DNA of 64,000 bases. It comes from Octopus sinensis (taxonomy: Eukaryota). The notes under the pieces are model-generated. The model did no database searches, was not told the DNA's origin, and worked only from the letters and a program-made list of their open reading frames with translations. This document shows, one piece after another, positions 24,371 to 37,345 of this stretch (its first letter is position 1; each line of letters opens with the position of its first letter). The translations under genes and the position numbers were made by a program. The stretch lies in contig NC_042997.1 in assembly GCF_006345805.1 (NCBI RefSeq), forward strand, positions 198,834,001 to 198,898,000, read 5' to 3'.

Positions 24371-24767
24371 TACTCTTTTACTTGTTTCAGTCATTTGACT
24401 GTGGCCATGCTGGAGCACCGCCTTTAGTCGAGCAAATCGAACCCGGGACTTATTCTTTGTAAGCCCAGTACTTATTCTATCGGTCTCTTTTGCCGAACCG
24501 CTAAGTGACGGGGACGTAAACACACCAGCATCGGTTGTCAAGCAATGCTAGGGGAACAAACACAGACACACAAACACATACATACACACACATATATATA
24601 CATATACACGACAGGCTTCTTTCAGTTTCCGTCTACCAAATCCATTCACAAGGCATTGGTCGGCCCGAGGCTATAGCAGAAGACACTTGCCCAAGATGCC
24701 ACGCAGTGGGACTGAACCCGGAAGCATGTGGTTGGTAAGCAAGCTACTTACCACACAGCCACTCCTG
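24371..24767 (-). mobile_element. SINE family A, full length
   Basis: Near-consensus reverse-complement copy. Confidence 0.9.
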
Positions 24768-25233
24768 TATATATTCTTTTGTAGTGTCCGTTCCTGCTTG
24801 ACAAGATGCTACGCATGTCAATTAGCGTATCGTGTAGACGTCCCTTCATCGGCTAAAGCTTATAGCAAATACAAAATTGAACCTAAGCTCCCGAAAAAAC
24901 TTAGTATTAGTTACTCTGTAGGGCTTTCTAAGATTTCCTCTATTGAATTGTCTTGTGTAGTATATATTTCCCTACCCACCAAAGATGAATGGTAAAAATC
25001 ACCGTCAGCAACACCTGATCTCAGAGCTTACAGAACCCAGAATACAACTTCAGAATGCATGGTCTAATATATATATATTTTTTTTTTTTTTTTATTTATT
25101 TTATCTAGTTTCAGCTCACGAGCTGTGGCCATGCTGGGGCACCGCCATTTGATGCATGAGAGAGTTCGATGCAGCTGCCCTCATCTGCACCTCTTGCCGT
25201 GAAGTTGGTTCATCCGGTTGGTTCATGTATATC

Positions 25234-25630
25234 TCTTATTATAAAAGGCAGATTTTATCTGCCTCCCTTTGGGAGTTATAGAAATCTACAATATAGGATT
25301 TCTTCAATTACAATTTACCTAGCATTTTTGAGAGTACAATGCATCGCGTCATGCCAGGTCCAGTTTTTAAAATTTAAACTCCAATTAAGCAAAATTTACA
25401 GAAAACTCACATTCTGGTGTGTGTGTCAAATGCTTTTCTTAGTCTGGTTTACACCACACGCAAACGCACACACACAGTGGGCAACGAATAAAATAAAAGT
25501 AAATAGCGACAGAGTGATTTGAGGAAGACTAAAGTGAAAGTATTCTGTCTATGACGCTGATAGATACATGAGTAAAATGTATGGGAAGCTAAGAGCTAAG
25601 AGTGAGTGAAAATGTTCTTGGAAGAGAGTA
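25234..25630 (+). mobile_element. 5' fragment of the Helitron unit repeated at 27131 and 28386
   Basis: TCTTATTATAAAAGGCAGATTTTATCTGCCTCCC... is near-identical to 27131-27530 and breaks off at a microsatellite. Confidence 0.8.
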
Positions 25631-25686
25631 ATTAGTAATAAAGTAAACATACACTCATACATACATACATACATACATACATACAT

Positions 25687-25726
<40 letters not shown>

Positions 25727-25947
25727 ACATACACACACACACACACATACATACATACACACATACATACATACATACATATACATACATACATACATAT
25801 ACATACATACACACATACACACACACACACAGTATTGAAGCTTGAGAACAATCAGATACATTTGCAACACATCTGTTGAAAATATTATTGTTCATACACA
25901 CACATACATATACATATATACATATATACATACAGACAGACAGACAG

Positions 25948-25981
<34 letters not shown>

Positions 25982-26044
25982 CACACACATGATCCAGCAT
26001 GGCCACAACCTCAAGGCTGAAACATATAAAAGAATAACAGAATA

Positions 26045-26415
26045 TAAATGTGTGCAAAGTACAAGAAATATTAATGCAGTATATGGGGATTGGACAATAA
26101 GCGTAAGGCAGTGTCAATGGTGGTTCCAGAAATCCCGAGTCATAAACTACAGCCTAGAAGACGAGCCTCATCCTGAAAGATCTGTAGAACTCGACAAGGA
26201 CATCCTGAAAACCCTGGTGGAACAAAATATCATCGTAACTGTTGAGGAACTAGCAGAGAAGCTTGGATTTGGTCATTCAACCATTCATTGACACCTGTGT
26301 GCTATCGGAAAAGTCAGCAAATTGGGTCAATGGGTTCCTCACGAACTTCCGAGTCTAATTGCATGCAGAGAGTGAATGTATGCTTTTCTTTGCTGTCATA
26401 TCTCACCACTACTGC
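26045..26415 (+). mobile_element. Mariner transposase N-terminal fragment
   Basis: RNINAVYG..ISVRQCQWWFQK...SLEDEPHPER.VELD.D.LKTLVEQN...TVEELAEKLG..HSTIH*HL.AIGKVSKLGQWVPHEL, with the WVPHEL linker at 26331. Confidence 0.9.
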
Positions 26416-26425
26416 GCTATGTATA

Positions 26426-27064
26426 TCTATATATATAAAACTGTAGTTGTGTGAGTGTCTGTCCCCTTCGATTTAGATTCCTAACTACTCCCACATTTTG
26501 CGGTACAGTTTAACCAAATTCGGGTAGCTTATAGTCGTGATTCATATCGAGCCCGTCTGAATATTAGCGCGCGTCTACGATGAGTCTACGATTTTAAAAA
26601 TAATTTAACATCATTTTTTATTCCATTTTAATGCATAATTTTTCGTGTGTCGATGGCGGCGGAGTTGGCGTCCACGCTCACACCTGCACCTGTGGGAAAG
26701 GGAGTGTAAGGAAATCAACGTCGTAATGCGTTGTCAAGGAGACCAGTGTTCTTTTAGAACAACGACTTCATGGCTTGAAGACACCAAAACAGAAATGGCT
26801 AAGAAAGCGTCTACATGAGTCTACGATTTTAAAAAAAAATTTACCATCGTTTTTTTTTTTCCATTTTAATGCATTTTTTCGCTATTATATAAGGGAAGTA
26901 ACTCTCTAAAAATGTCTACGATGAGTCAACGATTTTTAAAAAAAATTACCATCATATTTTTCCATTTTAATGCATTTTTTGCTATTTTTTGGCTATAACT
27001 CTCTAAAAATGCTTATATAGTTATTTCCCTTACAAACCCGAGCAACGCCGGGCGATACTGCTAG
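26426..27064 (+). mobile_element. Non-autonomous Helitron (short unit)
   Basis: 5' A|TCTATATATATAAAA, subterminal hairpin CCCGAGCAACGCCGGG (27037-27052) and 3' CTAG|T. Confidence 0.8.
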
Positions 27065-27129
<65 letters not shown>

Positions 27130-27130
27130 A

Positions 27131-28328
27131 TCTTATTATAAAAGGCAGATTTTATCTGCCTCCCTTTGGGAGTTATACAAATCTACAATATAGGATTTCT
27201 TCAATTACAATTTACCTAACAGTTTTAAGAGTACAATGCATCGCGTCATGCCAGGTCCAGTTTTTAAAATTTAAACTCCAATTAAGCAAAATTTACAGAA
27301 AACTCACATTCTGGTGTGTGTGTCAAATGCTTTTCTTAGTCTGGTTTACACCACACGCAAACGCACACACACAGTGGGCAACGAATAAAATGAAAGTAAA
27401 TAGCGACAGAGTGATTTGAGGAAGACTAAAGTGAAAGTATTCTGTCTATGACGCTGATAGATACATGAGTAAAATGTATGGGAAGCTAACAGATAACAGT
27501 GAGTGAAAATGTTCTTGGAAGAGAGTAAATTAGCGACAGTGATTTGAGGAAGACTAAACTGAAACTATGAAACAGTGTTTATGTATAAACAGACGACACT
27601 TATATAAACCCTTTCGTTACCAAACCGCCCGAATTTACCTATTCATATTTAAATGAGAATATCAGAGTAAATCTCTTTAGTACATTCGTGAAAACCCGTA
27701 TTATACTTCGTAAACACTTCAAATACAGTTTTGTACAAAAATCGAAGTGTAATTTTAATTCCGTGAATTATGGGAGATTTTTTTCCGAAATTTGTTCCTA
27801 TTGTGTTTTCAAAATTTGTAATTCTGACAAAAAATGGATACGAATTTCATTATATCAAGCAGCGAGTCAGAATTCGAAGGATTTTCTACTGAAGACCTTC
27901 ATAAATCTAACTCTATCACTGAAAAAAAAAAGCATCTTTATATAAGAGTGAAGTTGTGTGTCTGTCCCCTTCGATTTACATTCGTAATTACTCCCACATT
28001 TTGCGGTGCAGTTTAACCAAAAGCGGGTATCTTATAGTCGTGATTCATATCGAGCCCTTCTGGGTATTAGCGCGCGTCTACGATGAGTCTACGATTTTAA
28101 AAAAATTTACCATCGTTTTTTTTCCATTTTAATGCATTTTTTCGCTATTATATAAGGGAAGTAACTCTCTAAAAATGTCTACGATGAGTCAACGATTTTT
28201 AAAAAAAATTTACCATCATATTTTTCCATTTTAATGCATTTTTTGCTATTTTTTGGCTATAACTCTCTAAAAATGCTTATATAGTTATTTCCCTTACAAA
28301 CCCGAGCAACGCCGGGCGATACTGCTAG
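27131..28328 (+). mobile_element. Non-autonomous compound Helitron, copy 1
   Basis: 5' A|TCTTATTATAAAA, an inner second 5' end (TCTTTATATAAGAG at 27935), and the same hairpin and CTAG|T 3' end. Confidence 0.8.
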
Positions 28329-28385
<57 letters not shown>

Positions 28386-28388
<3 letters not shown>

Positions 28389-29577
28389 TATTATAAAAGG
28401 CAGATTTTATCTGCCTCCCTTGGGAGTTATACAAATCTACAATATAGGATTTCTTCAATTACAATTTACCTAACAGTTTTAAGAGTACAATGCATCGCGT
28501 CATGCCAGGTCCAGTTTTTAAAATTTAAACTCCAATTAAGCAAAATTTACAGAAAACTCACATTCTGGTGTGTGTGTCAAATGCTTTTCTTAGTCTGGTT
28601 TACACCACACGCAAACGCACACACACAGTGGGCAACGAATAAAATGAAAGTAATAGCGACAGAGTGATTTGAGAAGACTAAGTGAAAGTATTCTGTCTAT
28701 GACGCTGATAGATACATGAGTAAAATGTATGGGAAGCTAACAGATAACAGTGAGTGAAAATGTTCTTGGAAGAGAGTAAATTAGCGACAGTGATTTGAGG
28801 AAGACTAAACTGAAACTATGAAACAGTGTTTATGTATAAACAGACGACACTTATATAAACCCTTTCGTTACCAAACCGCCCGAATTTACCTATTCATATT
28901 TAAATGAGAATATCAGAGTAAATCTCTTTAGTACATTCGTGAAAACCGTATTATACTTCGTAAACACTTCAATACAGTTTTGTACAAAAATCGAAGTGTA
29001 ATTTTAATTCCGTGAATTATGGGAGATTTTTTTTTCCGAAATTTGTTCCTATTGTGTTTTCAAAATTTGTAATTCTGACAAAAAATGGATACGAATTTCA
29101 TTATATCAAGCAGCGAGTCAGAATTCGAAGGATTTTCTACTGAAGACCTTCATAAATCTAACTCTATCACTGAAAAAAAAAAGCATCTTTATATAAGAGT
29201 GAAGTTGTGTGTCTGTCCCCTTCGATTTACATTCGTAATTACTCCCACATTTTGCGGTGCAGTTTAACCAAAAGCGGGTATCTTATAGTCGTGATTCATA
29301 TCGAGCCCTTCTGGTATTAGCGCGCGTCTACGATGAGTCTACGATTTTAAAAAAATTTACCATCATATTTTTCCATTTTAATGCATTTTTTCGCTTTTAT
29401 ATAAGGGAAGTAACTCTCTAAAAATATCTACGATGTGTCAACGATTTTAAAAAAATTTACCTTAATTTTTTTCCAATTTTTAATGCATTTTTTTTGCTAT
29501 TTTTTGGCTATAACCTCTAAAAATGCTTATATAGTTATTTCCCTTACAACCCGAGCAACGCCGAGCGATACTGCTAG
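28386..29577 (+). mobile_element. Non-autonomous compound Helitron, copy 2
   Basis: Near-identical head-to-tail repeat of 27131-28328, separated from it by (TA)n. Confidence 0.8.
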
Positions 29578-29851
29578 TATATATATATAATGTACGAAAA
29601 GTGCCTCTGAAGAGGTCATAGATGCGTGAGGAAAAATCTCCGGACAATGGAAAATGAATAAGAATAAGAACAGTAATAATCGAGTGAAGAACAAATATAC
29701 AGTGCGTGTGTTTATTTGGCAAAAATAAAAAGACCATCCAATACAACTATATATATATATATATAATGCCATGCATTGTGTCTTTATACTCTGAGTACAT
29801 GTCGTATATATGTATATATATGTGTATGTGTGCGTGTATGTTTATGCGTCT

Positions 29852-30048
29852 GTGTTTGTCCCATCCAACATCGCTTGACAACCGATGCTGGTGTGTTTAC
29901 GTCCCCGTCACTTAGCGGTTCGGCAAAAGAGACCGATAGAATAAGTACTGGGCTTACAAAGAATAAGTCCCGGGGTCGATTTGCTCGATTAAAGGCGGTG
30001 CTCCAGTATGGCCGCAGTCAAATGACTGAAATAAAAGAGTAAAGAGTA
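29852..30048 (+). mobile_element. SINE family A, 3' half
   Basis: GCTTGACAACCGATGCTGG...AATGACTGAAATAAAAGAGTAAAGAG. Confidence 0.85.
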
Positions 30049-31542
30049 TGTATGTATGTGTATGTAACTTATATAAATGTATGCAAATACATGTGTTTGT
30101 GTGTGTGTATATGTGTGTATATAAATGTGTGTGTGATATACCTATATATACGTACGCACATACATATACACATTCGTCTGCTTTGAACGCTCAACACTTC
30201 GTAGAGTTCTATGGAAGTCATCATGGCCATACAACATATCTTGGTCCGTTTAAATCCCAGTAGAACCTATGCTTTTCTGGGTCCACCTTGTACCGTCTTA
30301 TTCTAAAGCGATGGAGAAAAAAAGATCAACCTCAGTCCGAGTGATGATGGTGACAATAGTTACAAAGTGACTACAAGAACACTCTCCTGAGATGTGTGTA
30401 TATATGTGTGCATGTATGTATGTATGCATATATGAATGTATGTATGTATGTCATTCTTCAGCTTATTTCAAGATTGCTTTCCAATAGAGAAAAAACCGGT
30501 TTCTAACCTAGATCCAATGCTCCTATGCATGTATGTATATGCGTATGTATGTATGTATTTATGCAGGTATGTATGTATGCTTGTATATATGTATGTATTT
30601 GTGTGTATGTATGCAAGCATGTATATATGTACGTGTGCATGCATGTATGTTATTGAAGGATGGCTGAATGCATGTTTGTAAACATGTATATATGTATGTA
30701 CGCATGTATATATATATATATGTGTGTATGCATGCATGTATATATCTGTATGTGACCTTTAAAGTTCTTCCCTGATTCATTTTGTTTTCCTATCATTGTC
30801 TTCGAGCAGCCAGTGAATTATCCCAGTCCCTCCGACGCCATAATAATGCATGGTTATCTGTTATTCAGTTTATTCTAGCGTAAAAAACTGGCAAAACACT
30901 AAGAAAATTTCAGGACAATGGTTACTGGGTTAGCCTAAATAAATCGCATATGTACAATCGTACGCAACCACGCAATGGTGACTGTTCTGTCAAATAAGTC
31001 CTCAGTCAAGCAACACCCAATCTCAGCATGTAAGCTGAGCATATCTCCAGAAACCCAAAACCCCAGTGATATCATAATTCCAGTGAAAACTAAATGCGAT
31101 ATAGATACAGGGTGGAGAAAGCAACATAGGGTTGGATACTTGACAATTTCATGCGATCCGCTATCAACCTATAAACCCAGAAAATACTGCGATTTCATAA
31201 TCACGAACTGTGTGTGGATTGCGAAACAGTTCGAGTATTGGTGCATTGGCTTGGTTTGCATATTTCTAAACAACAACAATATACTGCTGGCTGGCTGGCT
31301 GACAGGTTGGATTTGGATCAAACGACTGAATAAACATGTTTATCTTGAGGAAAAAATTTGTTCTTAGTCGTATGGACTAACGTTCAAAGATATAAACCCT
31401 CACAGTATCAAACTTCTGGTGCAATTTGAGGTAATTCAATCCTGTTGCACTAAGATGGCTCAGTGGAACAGATGTGCTGAGAGGACTAAGACTTTCTTCT
31501 CTGGGGCGAAGACGTGAAATAGGTGCAGTGATAAACGAGCAA

Positions 31543-31584
<42 letters not shown>

Positions 31585-31844
31585 ACACATACACACACAC
31601 AGAAAACATTGGTTTTCAACGGTTAAACTCGGTAAGTAAAATTCTAAATAAAGTATATAATTATTAGGAAGGTAGTCCATGTAATTTCATGTCATATATA
31701 TATATATATATATATATCACCGTGACCGACCAGGCTATTAGATGTTGCTACACATCGCTGGTCACAATGCACTTCGCATTGTTTTAGCCTTCAAATGACG
31801 CCATCCCGCTGGCTAGGCGAACAGGCCAGTATATATATATATAT

Positions 31845-31878
<34 letters not shown>

Positions 31879-31906
31879 TACATACATACACATACATATA
31901 TATATA

Positions 31907-31951
<45 letters not shown>

Positions 31952-32229
31952 CACATACATATATATATAAGTGTGTATGTGTGATTCTGGAAAATCTAGT
32001 TGTAAATATCCGATAGTGTAGCACTTTAGGGCTCACAGGTGTGAAAGCCTTCAATACAATGTTTTAAAAATATGAAAGATCTACGTGGACTACACGTGAC
32101 TGTTTATTAAAGACATCCGGGCACGTTTTGCATCTCGGTTTCCAAATCTCAGAGATGTGCATGAAGGCAACACTAACGGCGTTGCGCCGACATGTCCATC
32201 GCCGACTGGCTGAACCAGATAGAGGAGTA

Positions 32230-32266
<37 letters not shown>

Positions 32267-32355
32267 TATGTGCAATGGCATAACAGTGTATGTTTGCGTA
32301 TATATATAAAGTAAATGTAAGATGTGTATTCTATACGAAGTATATCCTATACAGA

Positions 32356-32560
32356 TACAGATGGGTTGGACAACATAATGGAAACTCCTTAAAATTTCAA
32401 ACAAATTAATTTTAATATGGGGTAGGACCGCCTTCGGCATTAATTACAGCTGAATTCTACAAGGTATGGACTCGTACAAAGTTTGAATTGTTTCCAAAGG
32501 AATTTTTGTCCATTCTTCAGCTACAACAGTCTCCAGCTCTTGTAGAGATGATGGAGGATA
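32356..32560 (-). mobile_element. Tc1-like transposon right end (transposase C-terminus and TIR)
   Basis: Minus strand reads YPPSSLQELETVVAEEWTKIPLETIQTLYESIPCRIQ/AVINAEGGPTPY* (one frameshift). The terminus TA-CAGATGGGTTGGACAACATAATGGAAAC is at 32356. Confidence 0.85.
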
Positions 32561-32749
32561 TCAACTCCTTACTTGTTTTTCTAAATTGCACTATAAATTT
32601 CTCTCTACAAGAGAAGTCTATATATTACTTTTTTCTATCGGTGTACCGAATTCGTGTACAGTTTTCGAACTTCCATGTTTAAAGGTGTAAGAATTTAGGA
32701 TTCTGGATTGCGATCCATTGTATATCTGTGACTATATAACATCAATTGC

Positions 32750-33850
32750 CAACCATTCAATTCGAGGCGGCTGTCAGTTATTGGTTAGTTTATTTTCAGG
32801 TTAACAATATTGCGAAATTTCCTTTTTAATGGTAACTTCGATGCCCTTTTATTTTCGAGATACTTTTTGGAAGATAATGCCCGTATGTTGATACGCTTTT
32901 TGACTCTCATATATAACGAGCGAATCCTGACGTCGATTGAACGTCTTTTGTATACGGTGAGCTGCAGATGATATACAACATAAGTATGGGCGCACATGCC
33001 AGTTTGCATAAGTTTCTGTAGTCGGAGATCCGTTTCTTCTATAAATATTTATGTTGGGAAATGCTAGGGTGTGCCAGCTACATTATCTATCATTTCTTTA
33101 AGGATGGCTTAGCGGATCCTTGCTATTGTACTATCACTGAAGTATGAGAGCTCCAGGAAACAAGTACTTAAAGAGTTCTTCCTTTTTGGCGGTTGTGGGT
33201 TTTGAAGGTAACTGACAATAGATGACGCGTATCTGTTGACTTTCAATACCTTTTACGATCGTCTGGTTGGGATGATTCGATCTTTTTATTTCACTGCTTC
33301 TTTACTGGATACGGCTATGTTCATTTTCATGCATCCAGCTTTAGTAAGGCTCTGGCCAAGCTAAACTGTCATGGACGAAAAGATCTCTATAGGATAGTTC
33401 CGTAAAATTTGGTCTTGACGTCGTTACCTTCTCGGAGTTTAAGCTGGAAATCAAGTAGTGTGAGGGTTCCACTGTTGCGGCTGTGTTCAATATTGAATCT
33501 ATGTGGTCATTCATACTCTCAAACGTTTCGTGTGTAGAGATTTCGTTACAGGAAGTTGTGAAAATGAGTATATCAGCCACATAACTGGTAAAGCATTTAT
33601 AGAGAAGCAGCTGTTCTGCGCTCGGCGTTTCAACAGGTCCAGATGAGCTTTGGCCAGTAGGTACGACATACTGCTTCTTATAGGTTGGTTTGACATTTTT
33701 TTTTGTAGGTTTGATTGAAGAATTTTAAATAAATGTCTACGATGGTGGATAGAAGTTGATTTATGACAGATATGATGAAGCCTAAACAGCAGTTTCACAA
33801 TGAAGCGTTTCAAAACACTGTAATACATCAAATTGATGACAAACACTAAG
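32750..33850 (-). mobile_element. Degenerate Penelope-like element (RT and GIY-YIG relic)
   Basis: YVADILIF (YxDD-like), LTLLDFQLKL...VKTKFY (LPFLD...TD.Y.K) and IFIEETDLRLQKLM (YIGET..LR.RM), in PLE order. Many disruptions. Confidence 0.6.
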
Positions 33851-34907
33851 TTTGTGCATAAATATTAATTCTTAATTTGAACCATCCCCTGAGAAGCATA
33901 CGGTATTCACATTGTGATTTGCTTCTAACTTTCTTCGTGAGCAGAAAGATGACAGAGAACTTTTTCCTCTGATGAGGTGTTGACAAATCGTGAAACATGC
34001 CAAGTCAATCTCGTGAACTTGTAATTTACAAAAGAGAGACAGAGAAAGAGGAGACCGATATGCATTGCAGTAGCAGTACGTTTGTGCGACGTCAAACTTT
34101 TTTTAGTCTCCTTTTAATGTCTTGGCCTTTTTCCAGACTCTTTTCTGTCTGTCTCTCTCTTTCCCTCTCTTTCTCTCTGTCTTTCTCTCTCTCTCTCTCC
34201 CTCTTTCACACACACAGAAGAATATTGAAATTAAGACAAGAGGAATGAAAGATTCAAATGAAGAGAACTGTAGATATAGAGACAGACAGACAGACAGAGG
34301 AGGAGAAAGTGAGAAACGAGTGACGGTGTTGATGTCAATGGCTTGAAAAGTGAATAGACATAAACATCTCGTTGCAAATCTCTCCGTTACTGATCAACTA
34401 ATGTAATTTTCATTTGATTCCTTTACGCCGTGCTTTCACTTCAAATTGTCTTTAATTACATAACAACGACAATTCATAGCGAATTACAGTACTTTCAAAA
34501 TTGGATGAAAACTTTACATCTGATAAGTATTTCACCTTAAAAAAAACGTCTTTCGCTTACCGAATAGCTTTTTAATAATATATAAAAAAAAAGACGTCCT
34601 TTTTTATAGATATATCACAGCATTCTTCTGTATTAACTGAATGCATACTTTGTCCTTTTAGTTACATCGTACAGCGATGAAGTGGAGAAGATGAAATGAA
34701 AAAGATGATAAATTTATATTTGCAGCAGTGACAGTCATTAAATATTTGGACCTGTTAGACATAGCAGTCAAATCACTTCCACATTACCAGCTTTTAGCTC
34801 ATAATATATAAATATATTTACTCATTTGCTCTTTTACTTGTTTAAATCATTTGATTGCAGCCATGCTGTAGCACCGCTGAAGTCAGACAAATCGACCCTA
34901 GGCCTTA

Positions 34908-34963
<56 letters not shown>

Positions 34964-35984
34964 TGGAGAGAGAGAGAGAGAGAGAGTAATTCGAAATGAA
35001 TGATGCAAAAAAAGGAAGCATACCAATGAGTTTTGTAATGAGTATATTGCAACGATACAGGTGTAAAATGCAAGCTTAACTCTCCAAGTTCTGTTCAGCA
35101 ACCAAGATAATCTTGTCTTTTCCAAAAGGAATCCGTATTTTCGTGAATGTATTCATTACAACACTCACACGTACGTTTTCTTTTTGTGCCATCCATTCTG
35201 AAGAACCCTTTGTGTGTATGTGTGTGTGTGTAAGCCAACAGCGTAAGACTAAATGCCTTACAGTATTTGCTCCACACCTCTGAACTCAAAACCCGCTGAG
35301 ATCAGCTTTGCTTTTCATTTCTTTCGGGGCGATGGATTGGCCGAACCCTTAGAGTGTCTAATGAGTTGCCATGCTGCAGAATTTGTTCCAGATTTTTGCA
35401 TTCTCTGGTCTTGTTTTGTAGACCTAATTCCTCACCCAGTTTCACACAATCAACTGGTCCTCATGTACTTTTTACAGGGTTCACTCTATTGCAAATATTA
35501 GGAAGAAGTCTTTGGTTTCGTGATAGTTGTCACCCTTCCTCCATTCCAAACCTTTGAAAAAATAGTCGTGGTCGATGCTCTTCTCTCCCAGACAAAACTA
35601 AGAATAACCCTTCTGTCTCAGCTAACGAGGAAACCGTCACATAGTACACCAAAATAATAAAATTAGTAGCCAAATTACGGGTTTAAGTATGTCTATACGT
35701 GTGTGACCAAACAAGACCTCTAATTGTCAGCCGGTCATGTTAAATATAGCCGCCAAATTTCCCTCAGATCACATCCTTGTATCCATGTTACTTTAATGCA
35801 GTTTCTGGACATCTTTGGATCAACCAGACATGGCTTTCACTCGCCAATGAGTACAGTAATCCCTCGCCATATCGTGGTTCACATATCACGGTTTATTATT
35901 CCAGCTTACGTCGATTCCTCTGAGGTGTTATTTATAATAAAATAAATACATACAAATTATAAAAATAATAAAAATATATAGTTC

Positions 35985-36160
35985 TTTATTTAAGAGATGA
36001 GGAATTATGTACATTATTTACATTTGACGGATATTTGTCCCCCTCTTGTTTGTTGTTAACACAACGTTTCGGCTGATATACCCTCCAGCCTTCATCAGGT
36101 TCTTGGGGAAATTTCGAACCTGGGTTTTCATTCCTAAGGTATTTTTCGATGTTGTTGTTA

Positions 36161-36223
<63 letters not shown>

Positions 36224-36278
36224 TCACTGCCTGGAATCGAACTCGGAATCTTGGGGTTAGTAGCCCGCGCTCTTAACC
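35985..36278 (-). mobile_element. tRNA-headed SINE-like element with (AAT)n linker and hammerhead-containing tail
   Basis: Minus strand: GGTTAAG (partial A box)...GAGTTCGATTCC (B box, 36233-36244), then (AAT)n, then a tail carrying the HHR at 36058-36104. Confidence 0.75.
36058..36104 (-). ncRNA. Minimal type I hammerhead ribozyme
   Basis: AAGAAC-CTGATGA-A-GGCTG-GAGGGTATAT-CAGCC-GAAACGT-T-GTGTT. Perfect core, 5-bp stem II, palindromic AACGTT, and stem I with one mismatch. Confidence 0.75.
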
Positions 36279-36281
36279 CGC

Positions 36282-36388
36282 GTTCGAAATTTCCCAAAGA
36301 CACCTGATGAAGGCTGGAGGGTATGTCAGCTGAAAAGTTATGTTAACAACAAACAAGATGAGGACTAATATCCGTTGAATGTAAATAA
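36282..36388 (+). mobile_element. Inverted second copy of the HHR tail (degenerate HHR at 36299-36344)
   Basis: GACAC-CTGATGA-A-GGCTG...CAGCT-GAAAAGT-T-ATGTT, fused head-to-head to the truncated tRNA head. Confidence 0.75.
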
Positions 36389-36884
36389 AAAATATATATA
36401 TATATATATAATATATATATATATACACACACACACACAGTACAGTACTGTTTCCACTTCGCGGAGCTTCACCTATCGCGGGACGATTACTGTATAACGT
36501 GGTAGCAAGTACCATTCTTTCCCTTAGTGGCTATTTACTCTGAGAGTGGCTGTGTGTGTCTATTTTTCTCTATCTCTGTTAACGCTGTTTGAAAAACTTG
36601 GCTGTGCTTATGCAACCAGAAGACTTCTTTAATCAATACTAAATCGCAAAACAAAATATGTACAGAGGTGGATATAACTAAAACTTACAATGCATATATA
36701 TATATATATTGTAATTTTTGCGGTCATTTGAAGAAATTTAATTAAATCGGCTCCCTGTAGTTACATTAGATCTATCTAGCTTTATTTTTCTGCACTGCTA
36801 AGTTCTGAAGAGGTGAAAAAAAAATTTACACCGTTCGCCAAGCGGCGAGACACAAACACGCATAACAATACATTATATGTATGC

Positions 36885-37304
36885 ATGTACACAGATAGAT
36901 AGATAGATAGATAGGTAGGTAGGTAGATTGACAGGTAGATAGATAGATAGATCGACAGGCATATGGATGGATAGATTGACAGACGGGTAGGTTGATAGAC
37001 GGGTAGGTAGATAGGCATGTAGACAGATACGTAGGTATATAGGCAGGTAGATTGATAGATAGGTAGATAGCTAGCTTGACATCCATATGGATGGATAGAT
37101 AGATAGATTGACAGACATATAGATGGACAGATGGATAAGGTAGATTGACAGGTAGATTGACAGATTACCAGACATATAGATAGATAGACAGATTACCAGA
37201 CATATAGATAGATAGACAGATTGACAGACATATGGATAGATAGGTTGATAGACGGGTAGGTAGATAGGTAGGTAAGCAGGTAGACAGATAGGCAAGCAGA
37301 GAGG

Positions 37305-37342
<38 letters not shown>

Positions 37343-37345
37343 TAC
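36885..37345. repeat. Compound (TAGA/CAGA/TAGG)n tetranucleotide repeat
   Basis: Low-complexity tract; source of the IYLS-repeat ORFs. Confidence 0.95.

Noticed and set aside
24785-24991. Possible exon (TTTTGTAG...ATG|GTAAAA) with one open frame
   Set aside because: The open frame starts in phase 2; the phase-1 frame needed to follow the PDE1 exon stops after five codons. No homology.
30975-31367. 130-aa ORF on +
   Set aside because: No recognisable domain, splice signals or homology; probably a chance ORF.
33969-33996. CTGATGA...GAAAC hammerhead look-alike
   Set aside because: No pairing for stem II, stem I or stem III.
36219-36278. tRNA genes (here and at other SINE heads such as 1-80 and 12582)
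   Set aside because: Only A/B-box-bearing heads without a complete cloverleaf, each continuing into a repeat body.
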